Shown here in pieces: positions 63,760-64,000 of a DNA stretch of 64,000 nucleotides. Under the pieces are notes generated by a model. It had not been told where the DNA came from, made no database searches, and worked only from the letters and a program-made list of their open reading frames with translations. The position numbers and the translations under genes are program-made. Every line of letters begins with the position of its first letter. Position 1 is the first letter of the stretch. This DNA is from Callorhinchus milii (taxonomy: Eukaryota), in the NCBI RefSeq assembly GCF_018977255.1, contig NW_024704742.1, forward strand, positions 8,620,001 to 8,684,000, written 5' to 3'.

Positions 63760-64000
63760 CTATCTGAGTCTGAAGGCTTGTAGGCACCGTTGAAGAGGAA
63801 GATCTTCAGGCGCGCTCTGAAGATGAGGAAGAAAGGGGCAAAGGGGAGGGATAGACGAGTGTGTTCCAGAGCTTCACAGCCCAGTGTCTGAAAGCACAGC
63901 TGGAACAGAGCACAAGTGGGACAGGCAGGAGGCTGGAGCGAGTCAAGCAGAGGCAGTGGGTAGTGGATTGGCGAGTAGGCAGCTCGGAGAGTAGGCAGCT
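63760..64000 (-). mobile_element. Degraded L2-like 3' fragment
   Basis: gaagaggaagatcttcagg..gttccagagc resembles the other L2 3' ends in the window. Confidence 0.55.

Overview
Vertebrate nuclear DNA, not prokaryotic. The tRNA-Ala/Deu-type SINE together with dense CR1 and L2 LINEs suggests a cartilaginous fish, possibly a chimaera (inference). Most of the window is decayed retroelements, and most ORFs in the supplied track are noise from them. The real genes form an apolipoprotein L (APOL) cluster that could be modelled by eye from splice signals: non-coding exon 1, a 64-nt exon with the ATG (MAGILKP), a 25-nt micro-exon, and one large terminal exon. APOL-C (+; CDS 59700-59721, 60890-60914, 62755-63508; 266 aa) looks canonical and has an ISRE/IRF motif next to a TATA box. 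APOL-B (-; 15609-15588, 13238-13214, 12443-11657) is its inverted paralogue, with an in-frame loss of about 35 aa of the hydrophobic hairpin, a degenerate ISRE and a repeat-derived C-terminal extension. APOL-A (-; 9737-9713, 8607-7851) is highly divergent, and its terminal exon is bracketed by a ~159-bp inverted repeat. Positions 5857-30604 recur almost identically at 30706-55466 across a 30-N gap. This is most likely an assembly false duplication of overlapping contig ends, so the true count is probably 3 APOL genes, not 5. All alignments and exon models were done by eye; no searches were run.
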